Assembly: GCA_040954595.2 (NCBI GenBank)
Contig: CM082578.2
Location: 14,988,998-15,052,997, forward strand
DNA: 64,000 bases
Origin: Balanoglossus misakiensis
Taxonomy: Eukaryota; Animalia; Hemichordata
Reading direction: 5' to 3'
This document shows positions 38,101-49,800 of this stretch, piece by piece (the first letter of the stretch is position 1; each line of letters begins with the position of its first letter). The translations under genes were made by a program, and so were the position numbers. Under the pieces are notes generated by a model that was given only the letters and a program-made list of their open reading frames with translations, was not told the DNA's origin and made no database searches.

Positions 38101-41100
38101 GCGTATAGCAATCTACAGCGAAATACTCTCCTAATTCAGCTAATGAATTCGCCATTTGACAACAACCTTTACACACGATGTATTTTTCTTAAACAGAAAA
38201 TGATACAGGAATGTCGTGGAAATATAAAAACCGCACGTTTAGACAAGTTGTGTGTCACAGTTTGATGGATGATGTTCGTTCATAACATTTCTAGTAGATG
38301 CGGCGCTTGATATCTCGATTGAAAAACATATTCATCTTCATAAAGTTTACAACCGAGAAATCGTTAATATGTTTGCGCTCTTCTGTTGCCCAGTCGAGCC
38401 AAATAAAACTTATGAATATAAATCTTAAATGAATTAGTACAAATAATTTGCAACCAGCATTATTGTAATTGTAGCAATGGAATACGAGTCCGGAATTCAA
38501 TCCTGAGCATTTCAACATGACTTCGGGTGTAGAACATGGATTTAATATAGAAACAGGTCAAAAAGAACTAAAAAATAGGGGAACAAACTTATTGCAAAAA
38601 TACACTGAAAGTAGGCAATCGACATAAAATAACTAATTGGTAAAATCATTTTGTTGCCTGCTGTCTTGTATGCATTCGGAGTCAGGAGCGTATTCCATAC
38701 AGCGTTGTATAGTTTTATATTAATATAGCATGGCCATTCTCTCTCTTTGATTTGATTTAAGTCGGTAGACCGAGTGAATATTAGAGTCATACAAAAGAGA
38801 TATATGCACACGTCTTCTTCGCCGTCAAAATTTAATACTGATGTAGGCCTAATACATATTGACACTGTCAGTGGAAACGTTTGTCTGGAAATTTAGCTCA
38901 TAACAATTTTCACCAAAAGTAATGTGCATATATTTCGATCGACAATAATCTATATGTATGCAATTCCCGTGAATAGCAAATTACACATTGCTTCGTTGCT
39001 TTGTCGATGTATTTCTAAGACGTCACTGTTGCATAATGACGAGTATATATTACACAGGTTTCAAATGGGACTGATTTCATTAACGTGAAAAGTGTGACTA
39101 TAAGCTATGATGGTGTAAACTGTGATTACTCGCAATTACCTGTAGAATATAATAAATGGAACATAAATAAGTATGAAATAATTATATTGCTGTGATGCCG
39201 TGTGTTATGAATATGTAGCCATCCATAGATCGAGCGATCAATCGACCAACCGACAGACAGACAGACAGACACTCAAGTAGCTATAAATAGCTAGCTAAAC
39301 AGCTGGATTGGTTGTTTGGATGGTTGGTTGGCTGAGCTGTTGACATTGCTAATTAATTATTGTTGTCTTCTGTCGCAGGTGGGTAGCACTCACGTGCTTT
39401 CAACCAGATTGTGCGAGAAAGGCTTTCCCCTGTTTCGACGAACCCCAGCTGAAGGCAACTTTCAACATTTCCATTACCCACCGACCAATCAGAAAGGCGC
39501 TTTCCAACATGCCTGAGATCTACAGCACAGCTTCAGAGGACGGCCAATGGAACACTACGTATTTCGACATGTCTGTGCCCATGTCGACCTATCACGTATC
39601 GTTTGCGTTGCTGGATTTCCCCAGTCTGGAACGCAAAACCTCCACGGGTATACAGGTAGGTGCTCCGCCCTCTCACTCCATCATATTCATGTTATTCTCT
39701 GCTTTACTTCTCAATATACCACAGAATCTTTTATTTCATCCCCTTTGCCTTCCAGTTTCGGGTATGGGCCGAGCCAAACAGAATCCACGCAGCCGAGTAT
39801 TCTCTGGACATCGGAGTAAAGATGTTAACCTTCTTCGAGGACCGTTTCAAAATCAAACATCCAATACCAAAAATGGGTAAGAAATATTCCTGCCGTAAAT
39901 TATGCAAACCCAAATTGAACACACATCTTACACTAAAAGCTATTACTCTACCATAGTTGTATGAGTTAACACGTTGGCTGCAAGACACACCTTTGTGTAT
40001 GAAAGGCCTAAGAAGATCATGCCATGTACAGTAGACGTTTCTATATTAGAATACTAATGTTTATGACTGCTGTGGTGTTTCACAGATATGATCGCAGCTC
40101 CAAGGTTCTTGTCTGGCGGTTTGGAAAATTGGGCCTTGATAGTGTATCAAGATGACCGTATGCTTTACGACCCGAACCAAGACCAACCGGTGCAGAAGTT
40201 CGATGTCGCCACAATCGTGGCTCATGAGTTGGCCCACATGGTAAGTGAAATAGTGCCTGTTTTCTTTTCAAAGTTCCATTGTTTCTTAAAATCGTTACCG
40301 TCAGTCAACCCGTACTTTAAAAAAAGACAGTCAACAGTCAAACTTTCACGGTTACTTTTCAGCAATAGTATAGAGCAGGGCGAAAGATACATGAATATCG
40401 AATAGAAGGTACAAAGTTGCCAGACGTTATAAAGACCCGTATGTACTGAGAGACCGTTTGGCCAATGATAGACAGGCTTCACTGTTACACAGTAGAAGAC
40501 CGTATCGATTTAAATCTCCGCCCGAAAAGGCTCAATGTAATCATGAACTGAAGGCTGATTTAAAATTCAATTACTGGTATCCACGGAACAGTAAAATTGG
40601 AAACACTACATTAATTGTGCAAACCAGACAGGAAGTAACAGTCATGGAAACACATGTTATTTGTTAACAACCTCGATGTGCCATCAAAATGCTCTTTACA
40701 CAATTTCCCGTGATATTTCCATGACAACGGGCTGCGATAATTAAAATATAGATTAATAAAGCGCATCGTCATCATTGCCTGTTTTGAGAATGAAGGACCT
40801 TGTCATGATTAATTTTATTTCTTCATCTTATTTTCTCCCTTGTGGATGAAAGTGGTTTGGTAACATGGTGACGATCAAATGGTGGAATGATTTATGGCTA
40901 AACGAAGGCTTTGCCTCTTTCTTGGAGTATACCGCCATTGATTTTGTCCATCCTGACTGGAAAATGGTACGTGTCGTCGGAAAGGGCTGCGTCTTTTTAC
41001 ATTATTTTCACGATTTGAGTTTCAACTTCAGGTTATGTCACGACATTGTGCAGTGAAAACGGCGCTGTTCTTTATCGCATCAGAGTGCAGGGTGAAGTTG

Positions 41101-44100
41101 CAACGGCGTAAAATTTTGAATATTTAAAAATATTTTACTTTGTCGAAATTCAGGCTGACCAGTTCCTGGCATTAGACCTGAAGATCGCCATGGCTGAAGA
41201 CGAGTCTTCCGACCACTTGCCCAAACCAATGGTGAGAGAAGTTGGGGGATGGTCTGGCGAACTGTGGAATATGTTTGACGTACGCTCGTATGAAAAGGTA
41301 AGGCGCAGCCGCACAGCCGAATGGGATTGCTCTTTCACTGGTGAGCGACACAGAAATATTGAATGAATGCGCAATGTAGATACATGGTTGTACCAGACAG
41401 AAAAACAAATAGGTCAAAAATAGCTAACAGGTTACTGACTCATTTCTTTCACAGGGGGCCAGCATCATCAGATCATTCAGAGCATTCTTGGATGAAGACG
41501 TCATTTACAATGGCTTAAACGACTATCTGAACGCCCATCTCTATGATAGCGTTGTGACTGATGACCTGTGGCATGCCCTTACTGAGGTAAGCCTACACCT
41601 TGGGATTTAGTTACTGCACTTTCAGTGTAGTAAATCAACATCACCAGCACGACTGAGACGTTGCTCAAGATATGAAACTCAAAAGCGTTACATTCTTGTA
41701 GTGAGTTCTGTATGAAAGAAATTGCTGTTGTTTTCAAGCGATGACTCGTTGTATTTTGACAATTGTCATTGTGACGTAAATGTCTATGTTTCACAGTCAG
41801 ATAAAAATCACGGAGGTACAAACGTGAAAGAGATGATGGATTGTTGGACATTGCAATCAGGTTTACCGGTGATCACTGTCACAAGAATAAGTGACAACAC
41901 ACTTAAAGTTGAACAAACCCAGTTCATCAAGAACCGTGCGGGAATATGGGAGCAGGAAATTCCTAAAGAGTAGGTGAATAATTTGCTTTTGGTTTTGTAA
42001 TATCAAATCAGATTCAGCAAAACTAATATTTGGGAAATCTTTTCATGCACAGACTTAATATCAATTTAACGTCAATATGGCATTGATTATTTCCGCCAAT
42101 CATCCCACGATAGTCTGCTGGGGTACTTAATGCATTCGAGATTGGCACCGATAAGATTGTAACCATGATATTTGCTCTTTGCATGCGGGAGGCATTGGTT
42201 TATTTGATAGGTCAGGGCTCATTCTTATTTCCTGCACGCTGCTCATATTTCTTCAAATTTTATTTTACTCCATACAGTCAAAAATGGAATGTTCCCCTGA
42301 CCTACACTCACAGCGGTAATGTCAATTTTGATAAACCAGCGAGGGCTTGGCTCCTAGCCAAACAGGAATACGGTGAGGAATTTGCTTGTGTTGCAGGCCC
42401 TGTCTGTTAAATGTAGAATTAACACAGCAAATAGTACGAAAAACTGAGAACAAGAATCAGGTATGCGGCCACCTGTGTAAATCTAGCAACAGAAGCCGGC
42501 CAATGACAGATCCGCACTGGACGAGTAAAAAATTCACCCTCTCTTGGACATAATACAGAATTATACTTAGTATGAATATCTGCAGTCTTTATCAATCTGT
42601 GGGGTAGCCATTTTGGCTTGAAATATTGATCTCATGTATTTGCACTTTAGCCAAAGCATTTCTTTCCACCCCCCACGAATGTTAAAAAAATATCAAACTG
42701 AGTATAATTCTCGAATAGGTAGCTGATGCATATTTCATAATTTGCAGTAACCATAGAGATTGAAGGCCTGACCGATGAGGACTGGGTTATATTTAATATC
42801 AACCAAATCGGTTATTACCACGTGAACTACGATAGTGAGAACTGGAACAAATTAGCCAAGCAACTGAAAGATGATTTTCGGGTAGGTTCGTTATTGGTTA
42901 CCATAACTTGATGTCATTCTGCAACATAATTCTCAGGAGAATTTTAATAAATTATATTTTATATGTGACAGTGTTATACATGTACTACATAGATGTTTTA
43001 TTTCTAGAGAATGTACCTTTTATTCTCACAGATCATTCCCGCCCGAACACGAGCGGCATTAGTGAACGACGCTTTTGTCTTAACGGAATCTGGTCAGTTG
43101 GATCCAGTGCTGACTTTACAATTAACGGAATACATTCACCAAGAGACGGAGTACGTAGTCTGGGTCATGATCGAATACAACTTCCCATTTCTTCGTAATA
43201 ATCTCCTCCGAACCGACGAATTTCAACTGTTCAGGGTAAGTTTGGAGAGTTTTACATATCAGATATGAAGATACTGCTGGTTCGAGTTCTAATGGATAAT
43301 AACTGAATGATACTCATTCAGACGTCATGGGTGAATAAGAATGTATATTCATTTTGTCTGTTTCAGAATTACTGGAAGGACCAGCTAGCACCTCTGTATG
43401 GTCTGCTTGGGTGGAACTTGACCGAACCCGATTTAGTAGATTAGTAAGTTCACAAGTATAGTACGTTCTATTCCCGCCCCAACCAGCTACATGTACTTGG
43501 TTTATACGCTGACTCCACCGTTGAGGGCATCAGCAATGACTGTATTTTGTTTCGATAAAACTTGTACCGTATTAAGACCTATCCTCTTGTAAATATCGAA
43601 ACATTATAATTTTTGAAACCCAGTCTGCGAATCCCATTCGTGATGACCAGTAATTCAGTCTAGTACACGTATCCTAATAAAATTCGTTAGTGTTCTATAA
43701 TATTTCCGTTGTCCTCACTGGACCGACCCAGATTTCATCTTATTTTAAATCCTTTGTTCTCCTTCTAGCAAACTTCGCATCAATGCCATCAAGAAATCAT
43801 GTTCACTGGGTAATGACCACTGCGCAGAGACGGCGTTATCATTATACCGTCAATGGATGAGTGACCCTCTCAGCGATCCGTAAGTACAACCATCGATGAC
43901 GTATATGATCCAGTTTTCTCAGGATATATGCGATCGCGTGCCAAATGGATGTAGCATTGTAGTTGACCAGATAACTTGAATCTTCTCTGTTGTCTCTGTT
44001 CGCTTTTTTATTCAGGATACCGGGCGATATTTTGTTCAAGGGGACAGTGTGCTGTGTTGCAATTCGACAAGGCGGTTTGGAAGAATGGATGTTTGCCTAC

Positions 44101-45301
44101 GAGAATATTGATGAACTTGATGTCTTTAGTCTGATAGGTGAATTGGCGATGGCCTGCACGGAGGATACTTGGTTGTTAGAAGGGTAAGAGCCTGTACAAT
44201 GTGTACTTTCGGAATTGCAATTCAGAAAAAAACACGAATCATTGTAAATGCGGCATAAAAAAAAACAAGTCGCATAGCAACCTGTCATCATGACCGTGTT
44301 GACACGTAGTAAATGTACTTTTTCACTTTTAGATATTTGCAGATTTACGACGAGAAGGACATGCCATTCACACCTATACTTTACCTGAAGGATAAATCAG
44401 CCACGGGATTTTCTGTCGCTTGGAAGTTTTTGGATGACAGATTCGAAGAATTACTCGAAAGGCAAGTGACGTCAACTCATTTTTGTAGTCTTCGGATTTG
44501 TCATCACAGATTGACAACATTTGACAATGATAAGAATATAAGAGCCCACAATAAATACAAACAAATACATATTTCCATTCTAGCTGAATTTTATTCATCT
44601 TTCGCCTAAATTTTCAGATTCGGAGAACGGGTGTTTCGCCATGTATTGGAATTCGGTCCTTTCCTGAACTCAAAGACAGATCTTGATAAGGTAGGCCTAA
44701 TGCTCAATTATTAATGTAAAGTTTTGATACAAACTAGATGGTTGTGATGTTAACTCTATTCGAAATGGTCGCATTGAACTGAAATGTAAAAGATCACATG
44801 ATTTTTATGACGAAGGTAAACTGGGGAGAGGCTGGGGTGTGTGGTCACTGGCGAAATCTAGGGGTCACAGTGAGAAATTGGCAAATCTGGCCGTGTCGAC
44901 AAAAACACAGTGATCTCTTACATTTACTCATCCGAAGTAATACTGGGTGTATGTGTTGTCAGCTTTTAGAGTTCGGGTCCAGATACAAGAACATGTCAGA
45001 CGGTGCCATAATAGAATTCCATGACGCGGTGGACAGAGTCAAAGACAACATGGCCTGGATGGATAAAAACATGGCTGGTATGAGAAAATGGTTGACTAAA
45101 GTGACTAAAAACAAGCCTTCAAAAGATCAAACCATTCGGCCTGGATACGCTGATATCGGCCAGATCAGCCAAGAGTCGAAGAAGCGTTCTTCAAGGAAAC
45201 GGAGAAAGGCCCGAGATATTCCGGAATCTTCCGAGAGACATTTTAACAAAAGGCTTCTCCATGAGAACAAACACGTGCGTTTGCGTCCTCGTACGGTTTG
45301 A
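35167..45301 (+). CDS. M1 family zinc aminopeptidase (aminopeptidase N-like, type II membrane)
   Basis: Exons 35167-35828, 39379-39655, 39756-39876, 40086-40240, 40853-40966, 41154-41297, 41455-41586, 41797-41969, 42278-42372, 42748-42881, 43032-43235, 43367-43443, 43769-43879, 44016-44183, 44333-44461, 44618-44690, 44963-45301. Motifs: N-terminal [68 protein letters not shown]. Confidence 0.93.
37117..37200. repeat. Mosaic tetranucleotide microsatellite (GATC/GACT/GGCT/GGTT) in aminopeptidase intron 1
   Basis: Run reads gatcgatcgatcgaccgactgactgactggctggctggttggttggttgg. A related GATC/GACA/GGTT tract lies at ~39228-39335. Confidence 0.8.
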
Positions 45302-46809
45302 GAGACGGGGCCTCAGTAGCTGTAAATTTAAAGTGGGGTTTCACATGCATTGGATGATTATGTGATCGCACAGGTCAGGCCCAGGGTCTGAAGTGATGTG
45401 TATTGATCTGCCAACTCAATACAGGGTCCGAATTTGAACTGATCTGCGACTCGATGAGAATTTGATCGTGAGTGTTTATCTGTAAGAGGCGAAGGAACTG
45501 TAACGGTAACCGTACGTTTACCACAGAAGGCAAGTAACATAAAATCGTTGGTTTTATAATTGGCTATAGCCCAATTTCAATGATAACAGTGGTGACGTAT
45601 ACCTTTTACGTAGAGGGCAGCTAACAACTCGTATTCAAGATCTACACATTATGCTAATAGGTCAATATTCGACCTCACGTAAATACTATTAACTCTGCAC
45701 AATTTCATAAATTTCACTAGTATCATGTTACATGTATTTCCTAACTTTGTCATTTATTTTAAGATTTTATAAGATGCTGTCATCATTCATTGCTAGCTGT
45801 AATGTTTCAAAAAGAGTATTGACGGAAAGATGCGATAATTAGTATACAACCGGACCGAATTGCGGTTCTATGACATGTAAGATTGAAAATTATTGCAAAT
45901 AATTAATGAAATACGTAATTATGAAATTTTAGACTGCACGACTCTGACTCAGTAAAAAGGGGTGGGTGAACATTGATAGGCGATGTCTATCTTTTATTCA
46001 AATTCTATAAATATAATTGTCTGTGATATGTTTAATTTATCTACAATTTCTAGATTAAATCATCTCAGTACAATCAGCTGTAATTGTTAGTTCTCCGTGG
46101 AACTATTTGTGTAAGGTACTTAATGGTGAATAAATGGTAAGAATATAAACATACATACATTAATTTTGAACAATCTAAAGCTTTTTAATGAGAAAAGGGG
46201 ACCCCCTTTCGCACTGAGGGCCGAATGGAGTTCAATGTGTGAACGATTGCACGACGGGAGTACATTATCCGGCTTACATCACGTAGCATTCAGACAACAT
46301 CTGTGATCTTTGTATGCTAAACAACTTCTCAATCACATCAACCAATCACAAGCTTCACAAAATACACCTGGTGACTGACGCACTTCCATTGGATAGTTGT
46401 CAGCCAGTTCATTTGTCACATGGTCACTGAGTTGCCACTTCCATCATTCGAAACTCAATTTTTGACGGACAAACATCGTGGCTGAAAGTAGTGACGACAA
46501 CGACCTATCCGTTACCCAGAGCAATTTCAGACAACCAAGTGAAAATGAAGGTCATGGACTGGGTTTGCCAAGATTTTAGTAGCCTCGTTGAAGATAAAGT
46601 ACATAAACCATCGGTTATGGAAAGTGACTTGACGAAAATCGAGGGTGCCGTTTCTCTTGGTTTGCAGCCCCCATTGCGCACATCCTCTACTGTAAGTAAC
46701 ACAGTTTTCTGTCATTTTCTTATCGAAAAATGTAAAGTAATGATGAGAAATTTTCGATTGTGCGTCAGAAAGGTACTTCAAATAAGGCGAAACCGCGTGT
46801 GAGGGAGAA

Positions 46810-49800
46810 ATGAAAGCCCAACCAAAGGTCGAGCCCAGCGTAGAGATTACAGAGAAAGATGGCCGAACCAAGTATGTGCATCGTCCGCTCGCATGGGCGC
46901 GGCCGACCACGGTCTCCTTAACGAAGAGCAAGATCTTGGCGGGCGAAGTTCTTCTCGGAGGTGAGGAGGCATCATTTCTTTCAAAGTGAACAATGAAAAA
47001 CTTTGTTTCATGAAATGAAAGTGCCATCTGTCAATGTTATCTTGTGTTGCGAGTGAATGTTATTATGCTAGGTACTAGGTGCAGTGCAAAATCTGGATAC
47101 TCAGTGCACTGGTGGGCACGTGTTCATAAAACAAAAGATACAGATCATTGAACTAGTGGGGGCGTATCATGGTTTACATTGTCACTATAGCAACAGTCTG
47201 AAGCCAAAATGGCGACCGTGATGGAGTGGGCCTTGCCACTCCGCCTACGAAACCATGTGTGCTATGCAGCAATAAGATAGTAAGTAGAGATTCCTGAACA
47301 ATTACTTTGTGAAAGGATGATTGGAACATTGTTTATGTTGCTTTACTTGTCAACAAGGGTGTTTTCTTTGCGGTATAAAGGTAGGGTCACCGGTGACTAT
47401 GTACAGGTCACTTGTGATGGTTCTTCTGTTGTGTTTTGATACAATGGCCAATAAAAGAAGATGGGCAATCGCTGTGGTCACTACAAGGCCCCTAGCAACA
47501 CGGTTATAGAACCTTTGAACCATTTGTACGCGAATGTTCTCAAAGCTACTGTCGCTGACGGAAAGGAATGTGCAATGTCATACGGCATAAAAGGGCAACA
47601 GCCCAGCCGCGGGACAACAAGTAGTACCACAACTGTCAACTTACTGATAATCAGTCTGGCAACATAAGATGTTCGCACAAAATGAATTGGCATGGCACTC
47701 TATAAACTATGTAGCACAGACCACTCTTCACTCGGCTCTTATATCAAAGAGTGTCACCTGGACATGCGAAATCCTACTTGTATGCATTACTTAGCACTGT
47801 TGAGCCGCAAATAAATAGACTTTGGATTATACTTACTAGTTTGGATTTGCCATGTCCGAGGAAATGGAGTTCGGGGTCCAGACAGCCATTACTGAGACTG
47901 ATTCCATTCAAAAAGCAAAATTTGTGCGAGGACAATGTTACTTGGTGTTTTTAATGTCCAGAGCTATATGATAAAACACAACTATATATTAAACAAAGTT
48001 TTATTGGCATCTGTCGACAGATAAGAAACTAAGTTTATCACACCCAAGAAGAAAAAAATTAAAAATGGTGGACCATTTCGAATGGTCAGATATGGGACTG
48101 ACCCGCCTGTTCAACCCTGACAACACTGAATTCTTGCCAATAGAAGAACAACTCCGACTGTACAAACAGAGAGACCTTAGCAAAACCAAGTACTACAAAA
48201 CTGCAATCAAAATATGGGGAAACACAAAGCCACGCAAGAGACTTATGATTGCTCCCAAGATGGAGATGGTAGATGGGAGAGACGTTTACGTCCGAGCCCC
48301 TCCAGCCAGACTACAGCCAATTGAGGGTAAGACAGAAGAGAGGTCAGATGAAGAATGGGCGTTGACAGATGCAGAAAAGAGGAAGCTTCATAACGAGGAA
48401 ATGGCAAGGAAAAGGGAAACTTTTAAAAGTTGGTACGATGAGAGGAGAAAGCTCAGGGAGAGTCTGGAGAATCTTGGAGTCAGTGAAAAGTGGTTGGCGA
48501 AGAAACCAGACAGAACACCATTGGAGGAGAAACTGTATAGAAAAATGGTTGAGGCAAGAAGGCCTAAAACTGAAGCAACTTCGGTAAGAGTTTCCAGTCC
48601 ACACTTTATTTTAAAGCTTTTATACGTCAAGGTCCTTGCCGTGGTTAGCACTGAGAATTCGGTTCCGAGGCAGCAATATAAATTCTCTTGTTCATTCACA
48701 GTCCTCACTTTGTTTGACTGGCATCAGAGACAGACATACCGTGCAATTGTGGGATTCAGATTGCCTGCAACTTGTTTCACTATCAGGGGCTCTGCGAATG
48801 ATTGGATAGCGAAAGCAAAAGAACACTCTTTAGTGGTTCACCGTGCAGTCTAACTTTCACTTTGAAATGATAGACTTCAAGGAGAAGGTCCTCTGAACTG
48901 CAAACTTGGGACTTTTCTATTTATACACATACGTAACATGAACATGCTAATATTTCATGCAGTCTGTGCTTGATCATTTTTGTCCACAGATTTTTCCAGT
49001 GAAATAGGTTAGATTTGCGTAAACATTTTCTTTTGCATGAGTCAACCTGCATGCAACCCAATCTTTTCCTTACTTCTCATTTTATTTTCACCATTGTCTT
49101 TATTTTTCTTTTCTTCCATGTTTGTAGCAAAGTAGATCTGAGGATCCTGAGTTTATGTCGAGATTTTCCTCACTCAGTGGCAGAAGTTCCAAGAGCAACC
49201 GAAATGTAATCAGGCACAACCATTAGATTTAAACACAGTGTGTAGTGTGGTTGATTGTCTCTATTGACCTTCCATGCTTCAAAATTAAAAAAAAAAATGT
49301 GCTAGCATGTAAATAAACTTCAGTGCATGAATTGAACCAAACACTCCAGCATTTATTCACTCTAAGTTTATGCGTGCGTACGCTGGTGACATGTTAAAAT
49401 TCAACCTTCCAAAATGTTACCTCCAGTATCTTGTTGAAATTGATTCTACATCCAACTTTCATCTTTAAAATAAAACTCAAATATTTTACTGGTAAAAAAG
49501 TAGTTCTCTGACGAACAGAAAGTTAGGAAAACCAAATAGTGAAATTTTCTATGAAAATTTTGTAATCATATGATAAAATTGTACTTAATTCATATTTTAA
49601 GAAATTATCCTCTTAAAGCTAGAAGTATTAATTTTATCCTTAATTTTTCATATTTTTTTGTAAAAATCATCACATTTTACTTTTTTCTCCCAATTGCTGG
49701 AGTGGCAACGCATATTTTAACACAACTGATCACTCATGTTCATGAGCTAACCTTTTAAATGTAGAGTTTTTGCAGTGATAAATATGGTTTTGCAGTAAGT

